Virus record (IMG/VR): IMGVR_UViG_3300047457_001149
Span: 1-64,000 of that record
Source of the DNA: a virus
Direction: 5' to 3' (one strand)
DNA length: 64,000 nucleotides
Shown here: piece by piece, positions 55,233 to 64,000 of the stretch
Layout: each line of letters opens with the position of its first letter
Numbering within the stretch: the first letter of the stretch is position 1
Made by a program: the position numbers and the translations under genes
The notes under the pieces: model-generated
Seen by the model: the letters and a program-made list of their open reading frames with translations, nothing else
Told to the model about the DNA's origin: nothing
Database searches by the model: none

Positions 55233-58200
55233 CTACGGGAGGCTGTCAAGGAGCCCGCGCATTCCTGCGCTGGAAATTGTGTCTCGGAAAAGCTGAGCGG
55301 CCTCACGCAGCTCGCGCGCGCTACTAAGGAGGGGGTCTCCTGCTCCCCCAATGCCTTCGTTGCGCATCTCGATTTCTGCCGCCGCGGAGTCCAGTAGCTG
55401 CGAAGCGGCACCCCGCTCGCCTGAGCTCGTGGGGTTCATCGCGCTGGCGACCTCTCTGTTGACAAAGCCTTCTGCGTTTTCCCTGCCCAAGATCGCTGAA
55501 CGGACTCGGTATCCGAAAGTGTCTCGGACTTTTTCTCTTTCCGCACCGGCTTGCTGTCCAGCCAGTTGTAGCAGCTCGTTGATCTGCCCCCGCGCGTTTG
55601 GGTCGCCCCGACGATGGCGGCGAAGTGCGTCCGCGAGCACGCGGCCGTAGCGACCCTGCTGCTGAAGCTGCGCCATGCGCGACGGGTCCGCTGCAAGCTC
55701 ATCGATGTTCGCGCTGAGCCTCGCTTCGCTAAAGCCCCCGCGCGTGCCCATCATGCCGCCGATGGCGTCCCTGTCGCGGGCCAGGTCGGCCAGCGGGCCC
55801 CCCATGTTCCCCAAGACGTCGAGGCTGCTGACGACGTCTTCACCCGCTTGGCCACTTCGCATGAGGGTCTCGCCCTCGCGGAACGCGCTGAGCATTCCTT
55901 CAGCGGTCCGTTGAGAGCCAATGGCTTGCGAGAAATTGCGAGCCGCCAAGGTGCCTTCCTCGGTGGTAAGGAAGCGTTCAGATACTCCCTCCGCGCGGGA
56001 CATGATGTTGGCGTACTCTTCGCGAGACACCGTCCGCCGAAGCTCTCCAGACATACTCTGAATGATTCTGCGCGCGCTCTCTTGCTGCGCGGGGCTGCCA
56101 CGACGGATCGCCGCGTTCGCCATACCCAGCGAAGCGAGAATGTGCCGCGTCCGCTCCGCTTTCGCCGACCCCTCTGGGCCTACCCCCTCGATGTTTCCCA
56201 TGATCGACATGAGCGCACGCGCCGATGCACGGGACCCGCTGTGCCCGAGCAGCGACTCAGCGCCGCGACGGCGGTCCTCTTCAAAGTTGTGCAGCGCTCT
56301 ACTGCGGCTCGGCACCATGCTCTGCCCTAGCTCAATTCCCTGCTCCAGCCCTTCTCGTTGGACGTCGGTCATCATCAGCCGGGCTTCTGGCGCTACCTGT
56401 TGGATCGCCAGGTTCGGGTTTCGATCAAAGATCCTAGCGGCCTCCTGCTCGCTTCTTCCGGCCGCGCGCATCGAAGCGATGAACGCCTGGCGGTACTCGC
56501 CCGAGGTTCGTAGCTCGCCGCCAAACAAGTTGCCAGGGGAGATGAAGTTGGTGGCGGCGGTCGGCAGCATGTTGAACGCCGTCTGGAACGCTGCGTTGCC
56601 GACCATCGTCTCTAGCCGCTCTCCGCGCCCCATTGTGGCTACGCGCCGAGCGAACTCGCTGCGCGCCCGCTCGCCGGCGGCGCCTCCGCCAAAGGTGGCT
56701 TCCATCTGTCCCATCGCCGAGATCTCGTCTCGCATCGTCCCATGCAAGAGCTGCTGAGACATTCGGCCGCCTTCAGCGAAGACGCGAGCTCCTTGGCGCA
56801 ATGTCTCCAAGGGAAGTTCTTTGTCCGTCCCGAGGATGCCTCCTGTAGCGGTCTCCATCGCGCCAGACAGCAGAAAGCCTTCTCCCATAGCGAGCAGCCC
56901 GCGACGTCCCGTGCCTTGCGAGAGCCCGTAACCGATTCGCATGCGGTCGTACAAAGACATCTCGCTGATCTCACCCTCGGGCCGGTTTCCCCGCTGCTGG
57001 AGGTACCTCGCGAAATCTCCAGAACGAACCAGTCGCGACTGCCGGCGACGGTCGAGGTCTGAGCTTGGCGCAAAGTAGTAGTTCTGGGCTTCGATGCCGC
57101 CCGTGAGCCGCGAGAGCCCCGTCTCGATTCCGTGGATGTCGTGCTCTACCTCAGAAATGAAGCCGCCGACACGCCGGCTTTGCCGAAGCACGTCCATGAC
57201 GCCCGGCATATTTTGTTCCCGCACGCGCTCCGCGTCGGCCTTTGCCTCGCGCATGCGGGTGGCCGCCTCTTGCCTTTGTGCGGCGTAAAAAGTCGGTGAG
57301 GTTACCTCCATCGCGCGCGCCATAGCGGCGTTCTCGTCAAGACCGGCGATACGGGCCGCCGTAATAAACCCTTGCGTGCCGCGCATGCCCATTCCGCGCG
57401 CGAGCCCTAGAATCTGAGAGTCCTCGACGTTGCGCTGGGCAAACGGGCCCTGGGACTGCAGGATCCGAGAGATTTGATCCCGCAGCATCGGCTGCATGCT
57501 GACGGCCATTCCGAGCCCACCAACCCCGAGATTGCTCGCCATGGCGGACAGGTTGTTCGCCCCTATCCCTGTCATAGAGAAGAGGTTGCCTCCGCCCGCG
57601 GCCAAGCTTTGGAGAGCAGATACGTTGAGCCCGCCGCCCGCGGTCATCATCGCGGGAGCGAGCATCGGCATCCCCATCATGTTGGCGCTGAACTGGTTGT
57701 ACATTGCCGCGAGACCTTGAGGGCCTCGCAGCGCGGACATAAGTGCCGGGTTGATGTAGCCCGCATTCTGTCCCATGGTCGCCATGCCGAGATTGGCCAT
57801 GCCGGCGCGAGTTCCCGCTCCCGCGCTCATGCCGAAGTTTTGGAACATTCCCGCGCCCGCGCTGCCGCCCACCTCCAGCATCTCTTGAAAGGATGTCCCG
57901 GCCATGCGGGCAAAGGCTCTACCGCTCTGCACGGCCCCGAGGGTCTCGCTCAGGTTGAGGCCGCTCGTGCGGAGGTTGCCCATCGTCTGGAGTGCGCGCT
58001 GAATGTCCGGCTCTTGCGCGAGCTCCATGAAGGCGCTCAAGCTCTTGGCGACGTCGCGAACCCGAGAAGTCATCTGCTCGACGTTGCCAACGCCGCTCAT
58101 AAGGCCGGCGTGGGCTGCGCCCTGTGTGATGCCCGCTACGTCTGAAGCGTTAAACCGATCGAAAGTCTCTCGACGAAAAGTCGAAGAGTTCCCGAGATTT

Positions 58201-58967
58201 TGCAGGCTCTCAGCTGCCCGCTCAGCCATGCTGGCGCTGAATCCGACTCCGAGGGGCCCCGAGCCGACGGGCATGAAATGCGCTGACAGGTGCTCAATGC
58301 CGCGCGCGAAGCCCGCTTGCTGCATCCTTGGAGCCATGACTTGCTCCATGAATGTGTTCTGCGCAAAGGCGCCGGCTCCGAAGTGCTCCATGCCGAACAT
58401 GGCGCCGAGCCCGCCGATAGCGGCGCCAATTCCTCCGCCAAACTTTCCGCCCGCGTAAGCTCCGGCGAGGCCCGCCAGACCGACCGCGCCTACGCGGGCG
58501 CCGAGACCCGCGTAGGATGCTCGGTTGGCGTAGTTTTGTGCGCTCTCCGCTATCTCTTGTTCAACCGCCCCGGCGTACGGGGTGTTGAAGAGGCTCGGGG
58601 CGAAAGATCCGCCGAAGATGCCGGGGGACATCTGCGGTCCCGCGTACATAGGCGGCGGCGGGGGCATCGCGGGCGAGAAGGCCGAGCGCGGGTTGCCCAT
58701 CATCCCCATGTAGGGATTCGGCGTTTGCGGGCCCATCATGGCCGCGGGGGACGGATATCCCGCCATGCCTCCGAAGCCGGGCATGCCTGCCATAATGTTG
58801 TTGGCCGGCAGGATAGACATCGCCGCCCCGGGCCCGCCCATAGACAGGGCGGCGGCGATTTGTCCGGGAAAGACGACCGGCGGAGGAACGGCGATCGCAG
58901 CAGGCAAGAGGCCCGCCTGTTGCTGCATGGAGTTATAGCCGGGGTCCTGGCCATCTTCGAACGGCAT
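55233..58967 (-). CDS. Tail tape measure protein
   Basis: 1244 aa Ala/Gly/Met-rich helical protein directly downstream of the frameshifted chaperone pair. Confidence 0.8.
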   Translation of the reverse strand: MPFEDGQDPGYNSMQQQAGLLPAAIAVPPPVVFPGQIAAALSMGGPGAAMSILPANNIMAGMPGFGGMAGYPSPAAMMGPQTPNPYMGMMGNPRSAFSPAMPPPPPMYAGPQMSPGIFGGSFAPSLFNTPYAGAVEQEIAESAQNYANRASYAGLGARVGAVGLAGLAGAYAGGKFGGGIGAAIGGLGAMFGMEHFGAGAFAQNTFMEQVMAPRMQQAGFARGIEHLSAHFMPVGSGPLGVGFSASMAERAAESLQNLGNSSTFRRETFDRFNASDVAGITQGAAHAGLMSGVGNVEQMTSRVRDVAKSLSAFMELAQEPDIQRALQTMGNLRTSGLNLSETLGAVQSGRAFARMAGTSFQEMLEVGGSAGAGMFQNFGMSAGAGTRAGMANLGMATMGQNAGYINPALMSALRGPQGLAAMYNQFSANMMGMPMLAPAMMTAGGGLNVSALQSLAAGGGNLFSMTGIGANNLSAMASNLGVGGLGMAVSMQPMLRDQISRILQSQGPFAQRNVEDSQILGLARGMGMRGTQGFITAARIAGLDENAAMARAMEVTSPTFYAAQRQEAATRMREAKADAERVREQNMPGVMDVLRQSRRVGGFISEVEHDIHGIETGLSRLTGGIEAQNYYFAPSSDLDRRRQSRLVRSGDFARYLQQRGNRPEGEISEMSLYDRMRIGYGLSQGTGRRGLLAMGEGFLLSGAMETATGGILGTDKELPLETLRQGARVFAEGGRMSQQLLHGTMRDEISAMGQMEATFGGGAAGERARSEFARRVATMGRGERLETMVGNAAFQTAFNMLPTAATNFISPGNLFGGELRTSGEYRQAFIASMRAAGRSEQEAARIFDRNPNLAIQQVAPEARLMMTDVQREGLEQGIELGQSMVPSRSRALHNFEEDRRRGAESLLGHSGSRASARALMSIMGNIEGVGPEGSAKAERTRHILASLGMANAAIRRGSPAQQESARRIIQSMSGELRRTVSREEYANIMSRAEGVSERFLTTEEGTLAARNFSQAIGSQRTAEGMLSAFREGETLMRSGQAGEDVVSSLDVLGNMGGPLADLARDRDAIGGMMGTRGGFSEARLSANIDELAADPSRMAQLQQQGRYGRVLADALRRHRRGDPNARGQINELLQLAGQQAGAEREKVRDTFGYRVRSAILGRENAEGFVNREVASAMNPTSSGERGAASQLLDSAAAEIEMRNEGIGGAGDPLLSSARELREAAQLFRDTISSAGMRGLLDSLP

Positions 58968-58976
58968 GCCCCAAGT

Positions 58977-59393
58977 CTACTTGTCTTCGCTGAAGGACGC
59001 GACGCGCTTGAGCGCCTCGGCCTCGCGAATCTTCTGCTCAGCCTGCTTCTGACTCTCGATCCTCAACCGCTCGCGCTCCTCGCGCTGATACTCAGGCATG
59101 TAACGGTCTTGGTAGAGCTCGGCTTCGTAGAGCTTCAGCCAGAGGTTGATGTCCTCGTGGATGGCCTTTTTACGCCGTATTATCTGCTCCGCGTCTGTTC
59201 CCATCTCGACGAGCAAAAAGATCATCCGCTCGAAAAGACGGGTCGTCAGAGACACTTCCGCGTACTTCAAGTTCTGCTCGCGGAAGATCATCTCCTGCAA
59301 AACCGCGTCTTGAAACGAGCCCGCCTTGGGCAGCTTTACGCCGTCCGCCGAGGCCTTGGCGCGAACCACCCCAGACGGGCGAATCAAAAACCC
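58977..59393 (-). CDS. Tail assembly chaperone, frameshift extension (gpGT-like)
   Basis: Open -1 frame beginning at the slippery site G GGT TTT. Confidence 0.75.
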   Translation of the reverse strand, partial: GFLIRPSGVVRAKASADGVKLPKAGSFQDAVLQEMIFREQNLKYAEVSLTTRLFERMIFLLVEMGTDAEQIIRRKKAIHEDINLWLKLYEAELYQDRYMPEYQREERERLRIESQKQAEQKIREAEALKRVASFSEDK

Positions 59394-60088
59394 GAAGACG
59401 CCCCCTCGCTGAGGGCGGCGTAGGTCTTGTTGTCGAAGTCGACGAGCGCGCGGTAGAGGGCCTCGACCATCGGCCCCGCGATGAACCGATCGCAAAAAGC
59501 CAGGCGCTCTCGGAAGGCGCGGTCGTGGTCGCTCATCGGCTCGTCAGGAGCCGCCGTGGCGAGCGCCTTGTCGCGGTAGCGAACCAGTGAGCAGGCGAGC
59601 TGCACGCGGAGTCGCGCTTGATTGATGACTGCTTGATCAAAAGTCCGAACGTCGTCGAGGGCGTTAGCGACGCGCTGGTTGGAGGCGGCGTCGCGCGAGC
59701 GGAGAACCACCTTCAGACGCCCATGGTAGAGCGCGTACTCCTTCTCCCAGTAGCCCTGCTCAAGCACCTTGTCGAGGATCTCGTTGGCCTCATCCTCTTC
59801 CATGCCCGCGTTCTTGATGTTCCGCAGCCACCGCTCGGCCGGGGTCAGGCTGACGTACTCCTTGGCCTTGCTCTTGACCTCTTCGATCTGCTTCGCGCGC
59901 GCCTCTGGCTCGGCCTCAACCGGCATTTCGTTGAGCATCTGCTGCGCGAGCTGGTCTGCGGGATCGTTGGGATTGAAGACCGGGGTCTTGGGCGCGACCG
60001 CCTTGCCGGGAGCGGGAGTGGGAGCGGGAACCGGTGCCGGAGTCTTTTCGCCGTAAACGCCAGGGCGCCGAATGTCCTTGTTGGTCAT
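59384..60088 (-). CDS. Tail assembly chaperone (gpG-like)
   Basis: 234 aa ending TCG GGT TTT TGA; AAGGA RBS. Confidence 0.78.
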   Translation of the reverse strand: MTNKDIRRPGVYGEKTPAPVPAPTPAPGKAVAPKTPVFNPNDPADQLAQQMLNEMPVEAEPEARAKQIEEVKSKAKEYVSLTPAERWLRNIKNAGMEEDEANEILDKVLEQGYWEKEYALYHGRLKVVLRSRDAASNQRVANALDDVRTFDQAVINQARLRVQLACSLVRYRDKALATAAPDEPMSDHDRAFRERLAFCDRFIAGPMVEALYRALVDFDNKTYAALSEGASSGF

Positions 60089-60175
60089 GCTCGTACTTCC
60101 TTACCTGTTTGTGGTATAGGTGATTTGGGAAGCCTACTCGCTTTCCGCGCAGGGGAGAAGCCCCGAGGAGAAATC

Positions 60176-62251
60176 ATGAGTGCAGCAGAGTGGTTGAACG
60201 ATTCAAGTCGTGGCATCGCGCGAGTTGTCCGACCTGGACAAGTTGCGATGGCCAAGCTGGTCGAGGAAGTCCTCACCAGCGAAAAGGGCGGGGTGGCGTT
60301 TCTGGAGGCAGGAACTGGCACAGGTAAGAGCTTCGCGTACTCAGTGCCGGCGATTCTCAGCGGCAAGCGCGTCGTTATCTCGACGGCGAAGAAGGCGCTA
60401 CAGAATCAGCTCGTCGAGAAGGATCTCCCCTTCTTGACGGGGAAGATCAAGCAGACTTCTTTTTCGCTCTTGAAGGGCAAGAACAACTACGCATGCGGGC
60501 TCCGCTTCAACGAGCTCCGGGAGAACGACGCGTTTACGCGGTTGCCCATCTTTGAGCAGAACGCCTTCGCGAACTGGATGGAGGCTGGCGGCTACCACGA
60601 CCTCTCGGACTTCACGCCGCCTTTCACGCTCGAAAGCATGGTGCGGGTCACCGAGTGCGTGCGGAAGAACTGCCCCTACGCCGAGTCGACGTGCGGGTAC
60701 GTCAAGGCGCGCGACGCGGCCATGGCCGCGCAGATCGTCGTCGTGAACCACGCGCTCCTCGCCTATGACCTCTCGGTCGGCGGCGGGAAGATCCTGGGGC
60801 CTTACGACGCGCTCATCATCGACGAGGGCCATCAGGCCCCGAAGTACTTCCGCGAGGCCTTCTCGCTGAAGCTGCATCACAAGCATCCGGAAGCGATCAA
60901 GCGGCTCTTCGACGGCACTGAGTTCGAGCCGCACGCGCTGCTGGAGCACATCTACAACTCGATCTTCACAACCGTGGCGCCCAAGAGCGAGCGCCTGAGT
61001 CTGACGGACAAGCTTCGCCAGTCGTTTGAAGACCTCTACACCGAGCTCGACAAGACTTACCGCAAGCTCAAGGCCCGCGGTCTTCTCGACGAGGACGACG
61101 GGGCGCAAGAGGCCGCCACAGCCGTAGCGGTCGCGCGGGCAAAGCTCAAGTCCGGCGCCACACTGGTGGACAAGAGCCGCAAGCTCGCGCAGATCGTGCT
61201 GGGCACGCACGTCGTCCGTGACGAAGAGGGTCAGATCATCGAGGGCGACGACACAGACTACCTCTGCTACGTCGAGAAGCGTGGGCGCGGCGAGGTCCCT
61301 GAGATCGTTGTCACTCCCGTTGAGGTTGGCCCGCTGATCGCTCCGGGGCTGCTTGGTCTCGGGCGCGTGGTGGTGACGAGCGCGACGCTAGCGACGCCAA
61401 ACGGCATGGACTACATGGCGCGCGAGTACGGGCTGACGCCCGGACAGGTCGCGATCAAGCAGGTCCTGGCCTCGCCGTTCGACTACAAGGCGCGGTCCAC
61501 CGCGTACGTGTCGTCGACGTCGCCGGACCCTTCGGGGCGCGGCGACGACTACTACTCGATGATGAGCGAGGAGATTCACGAGCTCCTCGTCGCGTCGAAG
61601 GGCGGCGCCTTCGTTCTCTGCGCCAGCTACGACGACATGAACAAGCTCGCGGACGGCTGCCGTGAGCTCCTGCGCGGGTCGCTCAAGGGAGCTGGCGCTC
61701 CGTACCTCGTCTCTACCCAGGTGGGCTCCCCGGAGCCTCTCCTTGACTGGTTCAAGAACACGCCGCGCGCCGTGCTCTTCGCCGTCAAGACTTTCTGGGA
61801 GGGCGTTGACGTACCTGGCCTCGGGCTTCGGCTCGTGGTCATTCCTCGTCTGCCGTTCCCTAACGCGGGCGACGTCGTTCTGCAGGCTCGAAAGAAGTTG
61901 GTGATGGACCGCCTCATCGAGAACGCAGGCTATGAAGAGAAGCGGGCCTCGCTGTCGGCCTGGGACTCTTTCGACTTCCAAGAGGCCATCATGGACCTCA
62001 AGCAAGGTGCTGGGCGGCTGATCCGCTCCGAGACGGACATGGGCGTGGTCGCGCTCCTTGACCGTCGGGCCTTTGGTACAACCAAGGGATATTCCAACAA
62101 GGTGCGAGCGGCGCTGCCGATGCCGACGACCAGTGACAAGGCCAAGGTGCTGCAGTTCCTGACGGCGCTCGCCGGCAAGGCGGCAGTACCGGAGCTTCCG
62201 CCTGTGCGCGGAGGCTCTACTCCGAAGCTCGACCGCTCGGGCGAGCTTTAA
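60176..62251 (+). CDS. dinG: DinG/YoaA-family Fe-S DNA helicase
   Basis: RPGQ, EAGTGTGKS, 4 Cys, VVVNH, DEGH, FWEGVDVPG, QGAGRLIR; GAGGAG RBS before ATG 60176. Confidence 0.93.
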   Translation: MSAAEWLNDSSRGIARVVRPGQVAMAKLVEEVLTSEKGGVAFLEAGTGTGKSFAYSVPAILSGKRVVISTAKKALQNQLVEKDLPFLTGKIKQTSFSLLKGKNNYACGLRFNELRENDAFTRLPIFEQNAFANWMEAGGYHDLSDFTPPFTLESMVRVTECVRKNCPYAESTCGYVKARDAAMAAQIVVVNHALLAYDLSVGGGKILGPYDALIIDEGHQAPKYFREAFSLKLHHKHPEAIKRLFDGTEFEPHALLEHIYNSIFTTVAPKSERLSLTDKLRQSFEDLYTELDKTYRKLKARGLLDEDDGAQEAATAVAVARAKLKSGATLVDKSRKLAQIVLGTHVVRDEEGQIIEGDDTDYLCYVEKRGRGEVPEIVVTPVEVGPLIAPGLLGLGRVVVTSATLATPNGMDYMAREYGLTPGQVAIKQVLASPFDYKARSTAYVSSTSPDPSGRGDDYYSMMSEEIHELLVASKGGAFVLCASYDDMNKLADGCRELLRGSLKGAGAPYLVSTQVGSPEPLLDWFKNTPRAVLFAVKTFWEGVDVPGLGLRLVVIPRLPFPNAGDVVLQARKKLVMDRLIENAGYEEKRASLSAWDSFDFQEAIMDLKQGAGRLIRSETDMGVVALLDRRAFGTTKGYSNKVRAALPMPTTSDKAKVLQFLTALAGKAAVPELPPVRGGSTPKLDRSGEL

Positions 62252-62296
62252 CCCGGTAAAGTAGCGCGCGCCGGAGAGTACCTGTAGACTCCGGGC

Positions 62297-62767
62297 GTGT
62301 TCCCCGACGTCCCTGATCGCCTCCCGACGTGCGTCTGCGTCAAGTGCCGGCTGCCGATCAAAGACAAGCACGCGGTCGTGCAAGTCTTGTCGGCAGCCGG
62401 CATCGGGCCAGGGCCGGGCACCGGGCGTACCGTACACATCAATGAGATCGCCGAAGCGGCCCACTTGGACTGCGCGCGACCGGCGCTCACGTTGAGTGCG
62501 GACGCGATTCCGCGAACCAAGCTCAAGCCAGGAGACCCACCGCACGTGCCCCAGATGTCCCCCGACTACCAGTGCGTCCGCTGCGGCAAGGTCTACGGGC
62601 GCGCGGACCGATTCATCCAGGTCTACCGAGCAGAGGGGATCGCAGTTGATCCGGAAACAAAGGCGCCCGCGCTTCGCTGCTCTGACGGCTACGAGACCTC
62701 CCACCTTGACTGCTCTGACCCGCAGCTGAAAGGCGAGGGGAGCCTGGTACTTGTGGGGACGGCATGA
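62297..62767 (+). CDS. Protein with two CxxC...HLDC zinc-binding repeats
   Basis: CVKC...AHLDC and CVRC...SHLDC. Confidence 0.72.
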   Translation: MFPDVPDRLPTCVCVKCRLPIKDKHAVVQVLSAAGIGPGPGTGRTVHINEIAEAAHLDCARPALTLSADAIPRTKLKPGDPPHVPQMSPDYQCVRCGKVYGRADRFIQVYRAEGIAVDPETKAPALRCSDGYETSHLDCSDPQLKGEGSLVLVGTA

Positions 62768-63243
62768 GCCAGAAAGGCGTCGTTAACCCTTGGGCGAACC
62801 AAAAAAAGAAGGGCGCGGCTGATAGCGTTCAAGAGCGTCTCGCCGGAAAGGCCCGCGAAGGAAAGACGCCAGTATCGCTTCAAGGGCGGCTCTACTCGAT
62901 CTTAGTGACGCTGCCGGTGCGCTTTCAAGAAAGCAAAGACGCTGACGTAGCTGCGCGGCATGTGATGGGCGAGTTCCTGCAGAAGAGCCAAAACACCCCG
63001 CTCGCGCAGCTCCTACTCCAGCAAAAGGTGAGCGTCAAAGAGTCGGATCTGATTGGGCCGAAGGTGACTTTTGAGTTTGGTCCTGTTCAGCTGCACGCTG
63101 CCGCCAGCTCTTCCGACTTGAATCTGGCCTTAGCCTTCGGCATTGATCGGCTCGCCCTCGCGCTCACGGAAGGGCGTGTGCGCAATAAGTCCCTTGAGAA
63201 CTTGATGAAGGAGCACTTCCTTGAAGTGCTGCGGAACGTCTAG
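62764..63243 (+). CDS. Hypothetical protein
   Basis: ATGA-coupled, 159 aa. Confidence 0.7.
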   Translation: MSQKGVVNPWANQKKKGAADSVQERLAGKAREGKTPVSLQGRLYSILVTLPVRFQESKDADVAARHVMGEFLQKSQNTPLAQLLLQQKVSVKESDLIGPKVTFEFGPVQLHAAASSSDLNLALAFGIDRLALALTEGRVRNKSLENLMKEHFLEVLRNV

Positions 63244-63250
63244 GAGAAGC

Positions 63251-63496
63251 ATGAACACGATCAAGTGCGGCGACTGTGTCTTCTTTGACCAGCGCGAGAA
63301 GTTCACTCCTCGCGGGCCAAAGCCCGCGTGGTACGGGTGGTGTGCGAAGAAGTCGATCTATCCCCACCGCGCTCCGGACGGCATGGTCATTCCTGAGGGA
63401 GCTACAAGGGCGGCCGAGGATGCGACCATGAGCTCGCCTGTGATCGTGGACCCGAAGAAAGCCGTGGGGACCTGTACGGAGGTGGTGAGGAAGTGA
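63251..63496 (+). CDS. Small Cys-rich protein
   Basis: AGGAG RBS; CGDCVFF...GWC...C. Confidence 0.7.
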   Translation: MNTIKCGDCVFFDQREKFTPRGPKPAWYGWCAKKSIYPHRAPDGMVIPEGATRAAEDATMSSPVIVDPKKAVGTCTEVVRK

Positions 63497-63894
63497 TGGA
63501 ACCGAAGGTTTACGTTCCAGGGCAGGATCGCAAGGCGGACGACCTGATCAAGCTCTATGACAAGATCAACACGTCTCCCGCCGCTGAGCGCACGATCGGC
63601 GAAGAGCGGTCGGTCAAAGATCCCTTCGGCATTGAGAAACGAGGCGAGCCGAAGGACGACTACGAGGCGGGCAAGAGCGCCGCTGAGCGCTTCACGAAGT
63701 TTTTCGGACTGCTGGTCCAGGACTTCGAGCTCGCCCCGCGCGCCGCGCTCTTCGCCGCTGAGCTGACGTTCCTCAACATCTTCAACGCCGACGATCTCCC
63801 GCTTCCTGAGGAGGAGGTCGAGGCGGCGCGCAAGGCGGCGTTCGACTACTACACGAAGAGCCGCGCGCTGATTCCTTCTACGGCCAAGCGGTGA
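63493..63894 (+). CDS. Hypothetical protein
   Basis: Coupled, 133 aa. Confidence 0.7.
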   Translation: MMEPKVYVPGQDRKADDLIKLYDKINTSPAAERTIGEERSVKDPFGIEKRGEPKDDYEAGKSAAERFTKFFGLLVQDFELAPRAALFAAELTFLNIFNADDLPLPEEEVEAARKAAFDYYTKSRALIPSTAKR

Positions 63895-64000
63895 TCGAGC
63901 ACTTCGAGTACTGCTACCTCGTGCATCGAGCCCACGAGGTTCGGCGCATGGCCGAACGGGCCAAGGCCGAGGGAGAAGAGTTTCACGTCTCGAACGCCTT
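63891..64000 (+). CDS. Hypothetical protein (partial)
   Basis: GTGA overlap; open to the window end (MIEHFEYCYL...). Confidence 0.5.
   Translation, partial: MIEHFEYCYLVHRAHEVRRMAERAKAEGEEFHVSNA

Noticed and set aside
15008-62251. CRISPR-Cas (Cas4-like nucleases plus DinG, type IV-like)
   Set aside because: No repeat-spacer array and no cas1/5/6/7 genes seen; these genes are dispersed among replication genes.
1-64000. Stop-codon reassignment, tRNA/rRNA genes, major capsid and sheath genes
   Set aside because: Standard code gives dense full-length genes ending in TAA, TAG and TGA. No tRNA/rRNA is recognisable by eye, and no capsid or sheath gene could be confidently identified (probably outside the window).

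Overview
This GC-rich window looks like part of a large, probably lytic, contractile-tailed (myovirus-like) phage genome, not a host chromosome. Minus-strand blocks encode virion and late functions: head-associated proteins, a phage multi-subunit RNA polymerase, putative portal, terminase large subunit, tail fibre, baseplate, hub, tape measure, and tail chaperones with a -1 frameshift. Interleaved plus-strand blocks encode DNA metabolism: SNF2 helicase, two Cas4/RecB-like nucleases, ParB, primase-NTPase, UDG-fused family A polymerase, DEDDh exonuclease, RuvC and DinG. The most striking system is the transcription apparatus. A bacterial-type beta subunit is fused to the N-terminal half of beta-prime (catalytic NLDYDGD), the C-terminal half of beta-prime is a separate gene, and there are two sigma-70-family factors. 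The beta moiety carries an inserted inorganic-pyrophosphatase-like domain bracketed by K-x-A motifs. The same motif recurs densely in neighbouring head-region proteins, suggesting a protease-processing or packaging code and a virion-packaged RNAP. Other oddities are two divergent genes sharing one CATG start palindrome, and a tandem cargo-swapped cassette between the exonuclease and the terminase. All calls rest on motif recognition by eye; no database searches were run.
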